A stretch of DNA of 64,000 nt from Myxococcota bacterium (GTDB taxonomy: Bacteria; Myxococcota_A; UBA9160; UBA6930): positions 3,072,001-3,136,000 of the forward strand of contig OZ245002.1 of assembly GCA_965223415.1 (NCBI GenBank), written 5' to 3'. Within the stretch, counting starts at the first letter, position 1. Every line of letters begins with the position of its first letter. Positions 17,610-27,580 of this stretch are shown here, piece after piece. The notes under the pieces were generated by a model. The model saw only the letters and a list, made by a program, of their open reading frames with translations. It did no database searches and was not told the DNA's origin. Position numbers and translations under genes: made by a program.

Positions 17610-20600
17610 CGCCCGGGCGCCGCCCGGACCCGATGGGTCAGGCGCGCCGCCAGCCTCCTCGCGTCCGCCATGAGGGTGTAGGCCACCGGCACGACCACCA
17701 GGGTCAGCAGCATGGACGAGGACAGGCCGCCAATGATCAGGATGCCCATCGGGTTTCGCCACTCCGCCGCGTCCGAGGTAGCGAGGGCCACGGGCACCAT
17801 GCCGGCCACGGTGGAGACGGCCGTCATCATCACGGGCCGCAGGCGGGCCGGCCCGGCCTGGCGCATGGCCGCGTGGGGGTCGACTCCCTCGTCGACCCGC
17901 TGGTTGGCGTAGTCCACCAGCAGGATGCCGTTCTTCATCACCAGGCCCATCAACGCCAGGATGCCGATCTGGGCGAAGATGCTGAGCTCGGTTCCGGTGA
18001 CGTAGAGGCCGGCGAAGGCTCCGACGAAGGAGAGCGGGGCGGTCAGCATGATGATCGCCGGTTGGGCGAAGCTGTTGAACTGGCTGGCGATCACCATGTA
18101 GAGCGCCACCAGGGCCATGACGAAGGCGAAGCTCACGTCCGCTGCCGACTCCTTGGCGTGCTCGGTCTGACCGGCGTGCTTGTGGCTCGCGCCGGGAGGG
18201 AAGGTCGCCTCGGCGACGATCCGCTCGAGCCGTGCGATCGCGGTGCCTTCCGCCACGCCTTCCGGCACGTTGGCCAGGAGCTTCACCTGGCGCGCGCGAT
18301 CCCTGCGGTCGATCTGGACCGGCGCCGGGGCCACGGTGAGGGCAGCGACGTTGGCGAGATCGACCAGTGAGCCGTCGCTGGCCCGCACCTGCAGGCGGCC
18401 GATCTCGGCCAGGTCGTCCCGCTGGCTCTCCTCGAGACGCACCCGCACGTCGTGGCGCTCGCCCGCCTCCTCGTAGGTGCCCACCTCCATGCCGCCGATG
18501 AGGGCGCGCACGGTGTCGGCCACCGCGCGCACCGGCGTGCCCAGGTCCGCCGCCCGGCGGCGATCGATCTGCACCTGTACCTCGGGCTTGCCGATCTCGT
18601 AGGAGGACTGCACGTCGAGGAAGTGGGGATCACCGGTCATGCGGGCCACGAGCTCGTCCGCGAGCAGGGCGAGGGCGTCTAGGTCCGGGCCGAGCAGGCT
18701 GTACTCGAGGTCGAAGGAGGTGAAGCCCCCACCTTCGGCCCAGTCCACCTTGAAGACGGTGACCCGTCGCGCCTCGGGGATGGCGGCCCGGAGCTCCGCC
18801 CGCGCCAGGTCCATGATCTCGAACTGGGTCGGCTCCCGTTCGCCCTTGTGGGCGAGCTGCACATAGAGGAGGGCCTCGCTCACCCGTCCGCGCCCGCCGC
18901 CGCCGACGGTGACCGACACGAGCTCCGTGTGCGGAAGCTCCCCCGCGATCGCGGCGGCGCGGGTGCCGACCGCCTTGGCCTGTTGGATGCCCGCACCGGT
19001 GGGCAGCTCGATCAGGGCCTGGTACTCGCCCCGGTCGACCTTCGGGTCGAGGCTCACCGGGACGATGCCGGCCAGCAGGACGCCGCCGGTGGTGGCCGCG
19101 ACCGCGATGCCCAGCACGGCGATCCGGTGGGCCAGCGACCAGTCGAGCAGCCTCCCGTAGAGCCGCTCGAGGGCTGCGTGGCCCCGCTCGAAGAGCCGGT
19201 ACAGCCGTCCGTGGCGCTCGTCCCGCCGAAGCAGCCGCGAGCAGAGCATCGGTGTCAGGGTCAGGGCCACGAGCAGGGACACGATCACGGCGAAGCTGAT
19301 GGCAAGCCCGTACTCGAAGAAGTAGCGCCCGACGAAGCCCTGCATGAAGGCGATCGGGACGAAGACCGAGAGGATCGATAGGGTGCCGGCGAAGAGCGCC
19401 GTCGAGACCACGTCGGTCCCGCGGCTCGCCGCCCGGGTGGCCTCTTCTCCCTCCTGCACCCGCCGGTGGATGTTCTCCAGCACCACGATGGCGTCGTCGA
19501 CCAGGAGCCCGATCGAGACCGACAACGCCATCATCGTGAACATGTTCAGGGTGAAGCCCATGGCGTAGAAGAGCGTGAAGGTCGCGATGATGGAGGTGGG
19601 GATGGCGATCCCCACCAGCAGGGTCGAGCGGAGGCTGCGCAGGAAGGCGAGGGTGGCGAGCATCGCGAGCAGGCCGCCCAGGAGGAGGTCGGTGGCGACG
19701 TCGCGGGCGGCGGACTCGATGAAGCGCGAGTTGTCTCGCGCGAGCACGAGGCGGACACCCTCCGGCGCCTCCGCGCGCAGGGTTTCGAGCTCGGCCCGGA
19801 TGGCGCGCGCGATCTCGACCGTGTTGCGATCGCTCTGCTTGCGCACCGCCAGGGACACGACCGGCAGGCCATCGAGCTCCGCGTAGGTGCGCTCGTCGGT
19901 GAGCCCGTCCTCGACGCGGGCCACGTCGCCGAGGCGCGTCGGCGCACCGGCGCGGTAGGCGACGACCAGGTCCCGGAACTCGGCGACCGCCTCGATCTCG
20001 CCGAGGGTCTTGACCGAGAACTCGGCCGTGCCTCCGGCGGCCTCGAGGCGCCCGCCGGGCACCTGGGCGTGCTCACTGCGGATCGCCCGGGCCACGTCGG
20101 CGACGGTGAGGCCGTAGCTGCGCAGCCGGTTGCCGTCGACCCACACACGGATCTCGCGCTCCCGCCCCCCTTCGATCGAGATCGAGCCCACGCCGGGAAT
20201 GCGCTGGAGCCGCTCCTTCACCACGTCGTCGGCGTAGTCCGTGAGCTCCCGGATCGGCAGCGGGCCCGCGACCATCACCGAGAGGAAGGGCATCGAGCCC
20301 ATGGCGAACTTCTCGACGACGGGGCTGCGCACGTCACGCGGCAGGTCGCCCATCGCGCGGCTCACCTTGTCGCGCACGTCCTGGGCCTTGACGTCGAGAT
20401 CCTCTTCGAGCTCGAACTTCACGATCACGTTCGAGAGGCCTTCGCGGCTCTCGGAGGTGAACTCTTCGATGCCGCCGATTCCCGAGACCTGCTCCTCCAG
20501 GACGTCGGTCACCTCGGTCTCGACGGCCTGGGGCGTGGCGCCGTCGAGGAGCGTGGTGATCGACACGATGCCCGGATCCACCTCCGGGAAGAGATCGACC

Positions 20601-20698
20601 CCTACCCGCGAGAGGGAGACGCCGCCGAAGCCGACCAGGGCCGCGATCAGCATCACGGCGAAGACCGGCCGGCGGATGGCGAGATCAGTGATCCGCAC
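17606..20698 (-). CDS. RND efflux transporter permease (AcrB/AcrD/AcrF family)
   Basis: 1030 aa; IRRPVFA, GLLVDDAIVVLENI, KNGILLVD, RLRPVMMT. Confidence 0.95.
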   Translation of the reverse strand: MRITDLAIRRPVFAVMLIAALVGFGGVSLSRVGVDLFPEVDPGIVSITTLLDGATPQAVETEVTDVLEEQVSGIGGIEEFTSESREGLSNVIVKFELEEDLDVKAQDVRDKVSRAMGDLPRDVRSPVVEKFAMGSMPFLSVMVAGPLPIRELTDYADDVVKERLQRIPGVGSISIEGGREREIRVWVDGNRLRSYGLTVADVARAIRSEHAQVPGGRLEAAGGTAEFSVKTLGEIEAVAEFRDLVVAYRAGAPTRLGDVARVEDGLTDERTYAELDGLPVVSLAVRKQSDRNTVEIARAIRAELETLRAEAPEGVRLVLARDNSRFIESAARDVATDLLLGGLLAMLATLAFLRSLRSTLLVGIAIPTSIIATFTLFYAMGFTLNMFTMMALSVSIGLLVDDAIVVLENIHRRVQEGEEATRAASRGTDVVSTALFAGTLSILSVFVPIAFMQGFVGRYFFEYGLAISFAVIVSLLVALTLTPMLCSRLLRRDERHGRLYRLFERGHAALERLYGRLLDWSLAHRIAVLGIAVAATTGGVLLAGIVPVSLDPKVDRGEYQALIELPTGAGIQQAKAVGTRAAAIAGELPHTELVSVTVGGGGRGRVSEALLYVQLAHKGEREPTQFEIMDLARAELRAAIPEARRVTVFKVDWAEGGGFTSFDLEYSLLGPDLDALALLADELVARMTGDPHFLDVQSSYEIGKPEVQVQIDRRRAADLGTPVRAVADTVRALIGGMEVGTYEEAGERHDVRVRLEESQRDDLAEIGRLQVRASDGSLVDLANVAALTVAPAPVQIDRRDRARQVKLLANVPEGVAEGTAIARLERIVAEATFPPGASHKHAGQTEHAKESAADVSFAFVMALVALYMVIASQFNSFAQPAIIMLTAPLSFVGAFAGLYVTGTELSIFAQIGILALMGLVMKNGILLVDYANQRVDEGVDPHAAMRQAGPARLRPVMMTAVSTVAGMVPVALATSDAAEWRNPMGILIIGGLSSSMLLTLVVVPVAYTLMADARRLAARLTHRVRAAPGR

Positions 20699-21800
20699 GG
20701 GCCACGTCCAGGGCCACGGCGGCGCCCTCGGTCACGCTCGGCAGGTTCGGCCCCGCGAGCACGATCTCGCCTTCCGAGAGACCGCGGACCACCTCCAGGC
20801 GCAGGGCGTCGAGCTCGCGGACGGCGACGTCCCGGCGCCGGGCGCGGCCGTCCTGCTCGACGAATACGTAGCGCCGCTCGCCGGCGCCGAGGACAGCCGC
20901 CCGCCCGACGACCAGCGCCGGTCGCGGCTCCGGGAAGAGCTCGGCCTTCGCGAACAGGCCCGGTCGCACGCGGTGCTCCGGATTCTCGATCGGCACGCGC
21001 ACCTCGAAGGCCCGGGAGGCGGGATCCGCCATCGGGTTGACGGTGCCAACGTGCCCGTCGAACACGCCGCCGATGCCGTCGAGCCGCACCCGCGCGGCCA
21101 TGCCCGTCTGCACCTTCCCGACGTGGAGCTCCGGTACCTGGATCACCGCTTCGACGACGTCGACCTTCATGAGCTGCACGACGGCTCCGGGACCGGCCAT
21201 TCCGCCCATGCGCACGCCCTCGTCCACGTAGCGGCGCGTGATCACCCCGGCGTAGGGGGCCGCGACCTCGGTGTCCTCGAGGTTCTGACGAGCCCGGGCG
21301 AGGGAGGCGCCGGCGGCGTCCCGTCGTGCCGACGCGATCTCCCGCATCGTGCGCGCGTCGTCGAGCCGGCCCTGGGAGGCCACGCCCTGGGCGTGGAGGC
21401 GCTGGGCGCGCTCCCAGTCGCGCTCCGCCTTCGCAGCTTCGGCGGCCGAGAGCCGCGCGGCGTGGGTCGCCTCGTCCCGCCCGATCCGGTAGTCGACCTG
21501 ACGAACGGTGAACAGGCGATCACCGGCTTCGACGAGGTCGCCCTCGTTCACGTGGATGGCCTCGACGATGCCCGGGACGACGGGCCCCAGCTCGGTGGTC
21601 TTGTCGGCCACGACCGTGCCCGTGCCGAAGATCGGCTCCACCACCTCCTCGCTGCGCACGACGGCGGCGACGACCGGGAGGGGCGCCGCCTCGACGACGG
21701 GCCGGACGCGGGGCGTGTCCGCCGCCGGGCTGGAATCCCCCGCCCCGCAGGCCGACGCCAGCAGAAGGACAGCGCCCAGGAGCGTTCGTCTCCGCATCAC
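20685..21800 (-). CDS. RND periplasmic adaptor (membrane fusion) lipoprotein
   Basis: MRRRTLLGAVLLLASAC lipobox; GIVEAIHVNEGDLVEAG, APYAGVI, RPGLFA. Confidence 0.9.
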   Translation of the reverse strand: MMRRRTLLGAVLLLASACGAGDSSPAADTPRVRPVVEAAPLPVVAAVVRSEEVVEPIFGTGTVVADKTTELGPVVPGIVEAIHVNEGDLVEAGDRLFTVRQVDYRIGRDEATHAARLSAAEAAKAERDWERAQRLHAQGVASQGRLDDARTMREIASARRDAAGASLARARQNLEDTEVAAPYAGVITRRYVDEGVRMGGMAGPGAVVQLMKVDVVEAVIQVPELHVGKVQTGMAARVRLDGIGGVFDGHVGTVNPMADPASRAFEVRVPIENPEHRVRPGLFAKAELFPEPRPALVVGRAAVLGAGERRYVFVEQDGRARRRDVAVRELDALRLEVVRGLSEGEIVLAGPNLPSVTEGAAVALDVARADH

Positions 21801-22435
21801 GCCGCGTCCTCGAACAGCCGGGCGATTCCGGCGCGGAGCTCCGTGCCCAGCTTCGCGAGGGAGGCGTGGGGATCCGCTTCCAGGGTCTGCATCAGCACGG
21901 TCGCCACGGATCCCAGCAGGAAGTCCGCGAAGGTCCGCGGCGACACCACGCGCAGTCGCCCGGCGGCGCGCGCCGCCTCTGCCGACCTCTCCACCCACTC
22001 GCTGAACTCGCGGTACACCGCGTGGTCCTGGTCGCCGAGGGTCTGGCGGATCTTCCAGGGGAGCGTCTGGGAATCGCGGACGAACAGCTGGAGGACGGGC
22101 CGGTCCGTCTCGAAGACGCCGCACAGGGCGTCGACCACCGCTAGCAGGCGCTCGACCGGATCCGGAATCCCGTCCACCGCCTCGCCGAGACGGCGGCGGA
22201 TGCCGAGGGACACCTCACGGAGGACGGCCAGGTAGAGCTCCTCCTTGCCGCCGAACAGGGCGTAGATCGTGGAGTTGGAGACCTCGGCCCGGCTGGCGAT
22301 CTCGCCCACCTGGGCGCCGCCCCAGCCCTTCTCGGCGAAGACCGGAGTGGCCGCGGCGAGCACGTCGGCCCGCCGGAGCTCCAGCTCCTGGCGCCTGCGG
22401 GCCTCGCGGGGGGACGGAAGGGCGGGATCAGCCAT
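21797..22435 (-). CDS. TetR/AcrR family regulator
   Basis: VLAAATPVFAEKG...EIASRAEVSNSTIYALFGGKEEL. Confidence 0.9.
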   Translation of the reverse strand: MADPALPSPREARRRQELELRRADVLAAATPVFAEKGWGGAQVGEIASRAEVSNSTIYALFGGKEELYLAVLREVSLGIRRRLGEAVDGIPDPVERLLAVVDALCGVFETDRPVLQLFVRDSQTLPWKIRQTLGDQDHAVYREFSEWVERSAEAARAAGRLRVVSPRTFADFLLGSVATVLMQTLEADPHASLAKLGTELRAGIARLFEDAA

Positions 22436-22455
22436 TCCGCGAATGGTAACACGAA

Positions 22456-22866
22456 TTACCCCACCAGCTCGCGGAGCTGGGCGCCCAGCCGGGCGAGGTT
22501 CTGGTGGAAGGCGATGATCCCTGCCGTCCCGCAGATCGCGAAGTTGGCGAGCAGCTCGGGCAGGCGCGGGACCGCCTGCTCGCCTGGCGGGCCTTCCACC
22601 ATCAGCAGCGGCGCTCCCAGGACGGCCACGCACAGCACGACGAGGTTGACGCTGGTCTCGGCCACGGTCACCGCCGGCGCCCAGCCCGGGCGCAGGCGGA
22701 TCAGCGCGAAGCAGCCGAGGCACGCCAGGTAGTAGAGGGCGCGCAGCCCCGGAGCCGCCGCGAAGCCCACCGCGCGCAGGTTGGCGCCCGCCACGCCGTC
22801 GAGCACCGCGAAGGCGATCGTCGCCGCGTAGTAGAGCTCGTGCCAGCCGCGAAGCCGAAGGCGCAT
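22456..22866 (-). CDS. Hypothetical membrane protein (about 4 TM)
   Basis: Hydrophobic ORF filling the gap in the operon direction. Confidence 0.7.
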   Translation of the reverse strand: MRLRLRGWHELYYAATIAFAVLDGVAGANLRAVGFAAAPGLRALYYLACLGCFALIRLRPGWAPAVTVAETSVNLVVLCVAVLGAPLLMVEGPPGEQAVPRLPELLANFAICGTAGIIAFHQNLARLGAQLRELVG

Positions 22867-22896
22867 GCTCCCGGATCGGCGGCCCCGGTCCGCGCC

Positions 22897-24345
22897 TCAA
22901 GCCCACGGGAGCGGCACCGCGAGACCGAGGCGCCGCGCCGCGGAGCGGGCCGCCCAGAAGCCGCACTGGCCGTGAACGCCGCCGCCCGGCGGCGTGGAGG
23001 CGGAGCAGAGGAAGAGCTGCGGGTTCGGCGTCGCGTAGGGGTCGAGCCGCGCCACCGGGCGGGTCCACAGCTGGAAGGCGTCGGCCACGCCGCCGGTGAT
23101 GGCGCCGCCGCGGTAGTTCGCGTTCGAGCGCTGGAGGTCTGCCGTGTTCGTTGGGTGGCGGGCGAGGATGCGATCGCGAAAGCCCGGCGCGAAGCGCTCC
23201 ACCTGCGCTTCGATCGCGTCGCCGAGGTCGACGGTCGATCCGTGCGGAACGTGACAGTAGGCGTAGCCCGTATGTCGCCCCTCGGGCGCGCGGGTCGCGT
23301 CGAACTGGCTCTGCTGGCAGAGGATGAGGAAAGGCCGCTCGGGATGGCGTCCGCGGAAGAGCCCCTCCTCCGAGGCGCAGATCTCCTCGAGGGTGCCGCC
23401 CACGTGCACCGTCGAGGCCTCCAGGCAGGCCGGGTCGCGCCAGGGGATCGGGCCGTCGAGGGCCCAGTCGAGCTTGAAAACGCCGGGGCCGTAGCGATAG
23501 CGGGCGAGACGGTGTCGGTAGTCGGCCGGGAGCGCGTCACCGGCAATGCGGGAGAGGATCTCCGGCGAGGTGTCGAAGAGGACGACGCGGGCGTGGGCGA
23601 GCTCCAGGAGGCCGTCGACCCGGCGGTTCGTCTCGATGCGTCCGCCCAGGCTCGCCAGGTAGGAAGCCAGAGCCTTCGTGATCGCATGGGAGCCGCCGCG
23701 AGCGACGGGCCAATCGTCGGTGTGGGCGGTGAGGGCGAACAGCACGCCCAGCGCCGAGGTAAGGGGCCGGGTGAGGGGCAGGATCGAGTGACCGGCGCAG
23801 CCGGCGAGGAGCGCGCGGGCCGGCTCGTCGCGGAACACCAGCCGGGCCAGGAGGTTGGCGGACGGCGCCGCCCGCAGACCGAAACGGAGCATCAGCCACG
23901 GGTGGGTGGGCAGGCGGAGGGGGGCCAGGACGTCGGCCAGAAGCTCGTGGGTGCGCGGCACGAACGGCCCCAGGAGGCGGCGGTAGGCCGGGCCGTCCCG
24001 GCCGAGCGCCGCGGCGGTGTCGTCCAGGGAGCGGCGCAGCAGGGCGGCCGGTCCGTCGTCCAGCGGGTGGGCCACCGAGGCCGGCGGGCGGATCCACTCG
24101 AGCCCGTGGTCCGCGAGGGGCAGCTGGCGGAAGAAGGGCGAGAGGACGCCCATCGGGTGGACCGCGGAGCAGACGTCGTGGACGAAGCCCGGCAGGGTGA
24201 GTTCGGCGCTGCGTGTTCCGCCGCCGATCTCGGCACCGGCCTCGAGCACCTGCACGGAGGCTCCGGCCTGCGCCAGGGCGACGGCGGCCGCCAGCCCGTT
24301 CGGGCCCGAGCCGACCACGACGGCGTCCACCGCTTGCTCGGGCAT
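22897..24345 (-). CDS. Phytoene-desaturase-like FAD-dependent oxidoreductase
   Basis: GSGPNGL, HDVCSAVHP, CSASTPPGGGVHGQCG. Confidence 0.9.
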   Translation of the reverse strand: MPEQAVDAVVVGSGPNGLAAAVALAQAGASVQVLEAGAEIGGGTRSAELTLPGFVHDVCSAVHPMGVLSPFFRQLPLADHGLEWIRPPASVAHPLDDGPAALLRRSLDDTAAALGRDGPAYRRLLGPFVPRTHELLADVLAPLRLPTHPWLMLRFGLRAAPSANLLARLVFRDEPARALLAGCAGHSILPLTRPLTSALGVLFALTAHTDDWPVARGGSHAITKALASYLASLGGRIETNRRVDGLLELAHARVVLFDTSPEILSRIAGDALPADYRHRLARYRYGPGVFKLDWALDGPIPWRDPACLEASTVHVGGTLEEICASEEGLFRGRHPERPFLILCQQSQFDATRAPEGRHTGYAYCHVPHGSTVDLGDAIEAQVERFAPGFRDRILARHPTNTADLQRSNANYRGGAITGGVADAFQLWTRPVARLDPYATPNPQLFLCSASTPPGGGVHGQCGFWAARSAARRLGLAVPLPWA

Positions 24346-24349
24346 GGGG

Positions 24350-26047
24350 TCAGGCGGCGGCGCCTCGCCCGCGCAGGATGGCCTCCGCGTACTCGCCGGT
24401 CGGCCAGGGCTGAACCGCCCGCATCGGCCCGATCTCGGTCTCGCCCTCTTCGAGCAGCCCGGTCGCTGCGTCGTGGATGCGCCACTTCATGCTGCGGCCG
24501 AACAAGGGCTGCGATTCCACCATGACGACCCGCAGCTCGCCCTCCTCGAAGCCGCACTGCTCCTGGACGGCGGCCAGCAGCTGCTCGTTGTTCAGGTGGC
24601 CGTCGCCGAAGTTCCAGCCGATCACGCCCCCGCACAAGACCTCGCCGTCCGACCACTCGTAGTCGTCGATGTCGTCGACGGCGCGGGGCAGCGCCTCGAG
24701 GAGCGGCCTTCCCTCCAGGTGCATGAAGCGGTGGGCCATGGACAGAGTCACGGCCATGTCGACCATCTCCGGCTCCGGGAGCATGGTCTCGAGCTGCTCG
24801 CGCATCGTTCCCGAGGCCCGGGTGAGCTTGCGGAGCTTCTCCAGGCTGCCCTTCTTGAACAGCCAGATGTTGTAGGCCCAGTTGCCGGCGTAGTAGCGCA
24901 TCGAGAGCAGGAAGGAGACGTGCCGCGGGAAGAAGTTCCCGTAGCAGGGAACGGCAACGAGCCAGAACAGCAGGAACACCACGAGCAGCGGCATCGCACC
25001 GAGGGCGGTGAGCCCGGCCTCCGGATGGAAGCCGAACAGGAAGATGCCGCCGTAGACCATCAGGATGTTCCACTCGATGGGCATCCCGCTCGGGTTGTTC
25101 GAGGCGATGAAGCCGTGGAAGCAGAACATCACGAACAACATGAAGCCGGTGACGAGGGGGCTCCCGGCGGAGAGCAGCAACACGAACGGGATCATGTACT
25201 CGGTGAAGGTCCCGGTGTGGGCCATGACTGCCGCCATCCGTGAGGGCCGCAGGTCGTCCGGGTAGGAGGTGAAGAGGCGCTTCTTCAGCCAGCTCGGGAA
25301 GAACGGCCCGTTGTTCATCATCACCATGATGACGGAAGGGAAGTGGTGGTTGACCTTGGAGGTCGCCGCCCAGAACCAGATGCCGCACCAGACGGCCTTG
25401 CAGGCGGAGATCCACAGGTCGTCGCCGCTGGCGAAGACGAGGCAGGTCAAGGCTACCCAGTAGTGCTCGGCGCGGGCGGCGAGGAAGAGGGTTTTGTCCA
25501 TCACGCCGATCAGCGGGACGAGGAAGAAGACGGGCAGCAGGAGGCCCGGCGTCACCTCCGGCGCGACCAGGGCGCGCAGCAGGCAAAGCAGCGTGGCGGC
25601 GTAGAGGCCGACGTCCAGCCAGCTGCGACGAATGCCGCCGAGGACCGGAGCCTCGGGAAAGAGAGGGAGCTTGGTGGTGCCGGGTCGCAGGAAGTAGAGG
25701 AAGCCGCCGATCGGCGGCTTGAAGCGGGCGTTCATCGGGCCCGAGGAGCAGCCGAAGCCGGCCAGCTCGTAGAAGATCGACCACACGACGGCCTTCTGGA
25801 ACGCCACCGCCGTGAAGGCCCAGTCGCCGAAGAAGCCCGGGTAGCCGGCGGAGAAGGAGACCCAGAAGGCCCAGCCGCCGGCGTACAGGAAGACGTACTT
25901 CGCCCAGTAGAGAATCAGCACGATCGGCGGGTTCGGGTTGACCTGCGAGGCCCAGGTGCGACACACGAGCCGCACGCGTTCCGGGAAGGGCGCTCCCAGG
26001 ATGCGCTCGGGCTCGTAGGGCGGGAGGTCGGGCGCTGCGGTCGTCAT
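24350..26047 (-). CDS. DUF3556-like integral membrane protein
   Basis: ATG 26047; FQKAVVW, RPGTTKLP, DKTLFLAARAEHY, SKVNHHF, PIEWN, SMRYYAGNW, GWNFGDGHL. Confidence 0.8.
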   Translation of the reverse strand: MTTAAPDLPPYEPERILGAPFPERVRLVCRTWASQVNPNPPIVLILYWAKYVFLYAGGWAFWVSFSAGYPGFFGDWAFTAVAFQKAVVWSIFYELAGFGCSSGPMNARFKPPIGGFLYFLRPGTTKLPLFPEAPVLGGIRRSWLDVGLYAATLLCLLRALVAPEVTPGLLLPVFFLVPLIGVMDKTLFLAARAEHYWVALTCLVFASGDDLWISACKAVWCGIWFWAATSKVNHHFPSVIMVMMNNGPFFPSWLKKRLFTSYPDDLRPSRMAAVMAHTGTFTEYMIPFVLLLSAGSPLVTGFMLFVMFCFHGFIASNNPSGMPIEWNILMVYGGIFLFGFHPEAGLTALGAMPLLVVFLLFWLVAVPCYGNFFPRHVSFLLSMRYYAGNWAYNIWLFKKGSLEKLRKLTRASGTMREQLETMLPEPEMVDMAVTLSMAHRFMHLEGRPLLEALPRAVDDIDDYEWSDGEVLCGGVIGWNFGDGHLNNEQLLAAVQEQCGFEEGELRVVMVESQPLFGRSMKWRIHDAATGLLEEGETEIGPMRAVQPWPTGEYAEAILRGRGAAA

Positions 26048-26478
26048 CCGGAGAACTCGTCCGCGCTGTGGCGAGCCATCTCCTCGAGGAACCACTGCGG
26101 GTACTGGCCCACGAACTTCTGGACGTCCCAGTAGTCGCTCCACTTCGAGATCAGGCCGGCGCGCATCTCGTGCATCGTCGCGAAGGTGTGGCTGGCCTTC
26201 TCGCCGGTCTTGAAGACCCACGTCTCCGTGTGGTCGAGGAACACCACGTCGCCGTCGGCGGCGAGGTGGCGGAGCTCCTGCTCCTGGCTCGCCAGGTGGT
26301 CGAAGGCGATCCGCAGGCGCTTCACCACGTTCTCGGGCCCGCGGGCGCCCGGGTCCTCGGTGGGCACGTCCTGGTAGTGCACTTCCGGGTGGAGACAGCT
26401 CTTCACGGTCTCCCAATCCATGCGGGAGAGCGCCTCCCACATCTTCTCGACGGTCTTCCGATGATCTTCGTTCGACAC
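26044..26478 (-). CDS. Limonene-1,2-epoxide hydrolase / SnoaL-like protein
   Basis: YQDVP, HLAADGDVVF, ISKWSDYWD. Confidence 0.8.
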   Translation of the reverse strand: MSNEDHRKTVEKMWEALSRMDWETVKSCLHPEVHYQDVPTEDPGARGPENVVKRLRIAFDHLASQEQELRHLAADGDVVFLDHTETWVFKTGEKASHTFATMHEMRAGLISKWSDYWDVQKFVGQYPQWFLEEMARHSADEFSG

Positions 26479-26483
26479 GGGCG

Positions 26484-26490
26484 TACCCTA
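26484..26490. promoter_or_regulatory. Overlapping divergent -10 elements (TACCCT / TAGGGT) in a 19-bp intergenic gap
   Basis: TACCCTA lies 8 nt from ATG 26498 (+) and 6 nt from GTG 26478 (-). Confidence 0.5.
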
Positions 26491-26497
26491 GCCCAGG

Positions 26498-27580
26498 ATG
26501 GATGAGAGAATCACGCCGCTCCGCGTCTACGGCCCGGAGGAGTCCTTCTTCACGGGAAAGCTCGAGGCCTATCTCTACTACAAGGAACTCCCCTTCGAGC
26601 GCATCGAGGTACCACCGACCCGGGTGGACGGGGGAATCCCCCAGGTGCCGGTCGTGGAGCTCGCGGACGGCCGTCGGATGACCGACACCACGCCGATCCT
26701 GGCATGGCTCGAGAAACGGTTCCCGGACCCTCCGGTGATCCCCGCCGACCCGCTCCAGGCCTTCGTCAGCCAACTGATCGAGGATTACGCCGACGAGTGG
26801 CTGTGGCGTCCCGCGATGCACTACCGCTGGTCCTACCGGCAGGATGCGATGCACGTGAGCCGCAGGCTCGCGGAGGGGCCGGGTAGCGCCAACCCGTTAC
26901 CGGCCTTCGTGCTGCGACCCCTCGTTCGCCTCCGGCAGCGCACCCTGTTCGTGCGCCGCGACGGGGTGACCCGTGAGACGTGGGATCACGTCGAGGAGAC
27001 CTACAGGACCGCGTTGCGCCAGCTGGAGGCGATTCTCGCCGACCGGCCGTTCCTGCTCGGCAGCGCCCCGACGCTCGCCGACTACGGCTACTTCGGCTCG
27101 ATGTTCCGGCACTTCGGGATCGACCCGACGGCGTCCTCGATCATGCGCGAGACGGCGCCGGCGGTGTACGCCTGGGTGGCGAGGGTCTGGGCGGCGCGGG
27201 CCAGCCGCACGCGGGGCGAGCTCGAGGTGGGGATCCCCGCCGAGTGGGAACCGGTGCTCGGCACGATCGGCACGACCTGGTTGCCCCACCTGTGCGCCAA
27301 CGCCGAGGCCTGGAAGGAGGGCCGGAAGCGCTTCGACGTCCAGATCGAGGGTGTGCCCTACCGGAACCTCCGCACCGCGCGCTACCGGGTGTGGTGCCTG
27401 GAGGAGCTGCGCGGGCACTTCGAGGCGCTGCCCGAGGCGGCGCAGCCCGGGGCTCGCACTCTCCTCGAGAAGCACGGCTGCTGGGAGCCCCTCTGGCGGG
27501 TCGACGCGCCGCCCTCCGGGGTGGATCCGGAGGGGAGGGCGCCGTTCACGCCGAGCGCCTCCATGACCGGCCTCGACTAG
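26498..27580 (+). CDS. Glutathione S-transferase family protein
   Basis: SFFTGKLEAYL, QVPVVEL, DTTPI, EDYADEW, FLLGSAPTLAD. Confidence 0.85.
   Translation: MDERITPLRVYGPEESFFTGKLEAYLYYKELPFERIEVPPTRVDGGIPQVPVVELADGRRMTDTTPILAWLEKRFPDPPVIPADPLQAFVSQLIEDYADEWLWRPAMHYRWSYRQDAMHVSRRLAEGPGSANPLPAFVLRPLVRLRQRTLFVRRDGVTRETWDHVEETYRTALRQLEAILADRPFLLGSAPTLADYGYFGSMFRHFGIDPTASSIMRETAPAVYAWVARVWAARASRTRGELEVGIPAEWEPVLGTIGTTWLPHLCANAEAWKEGRKRFDVQIEGVPYRNLRTARYRVWCLEELRGHFEALPEAAQPGARTLLEKHGCWEPLWRVDAPPSGVDPEGRAPFTPSASMTGLD

Noticed and set aside
22897..24345. Carotenoid biosynthesis cluster
   Set aside because: No crtB, crtE or crtY nearby; the protein belongs to the broader FAD oxidoreductase group.
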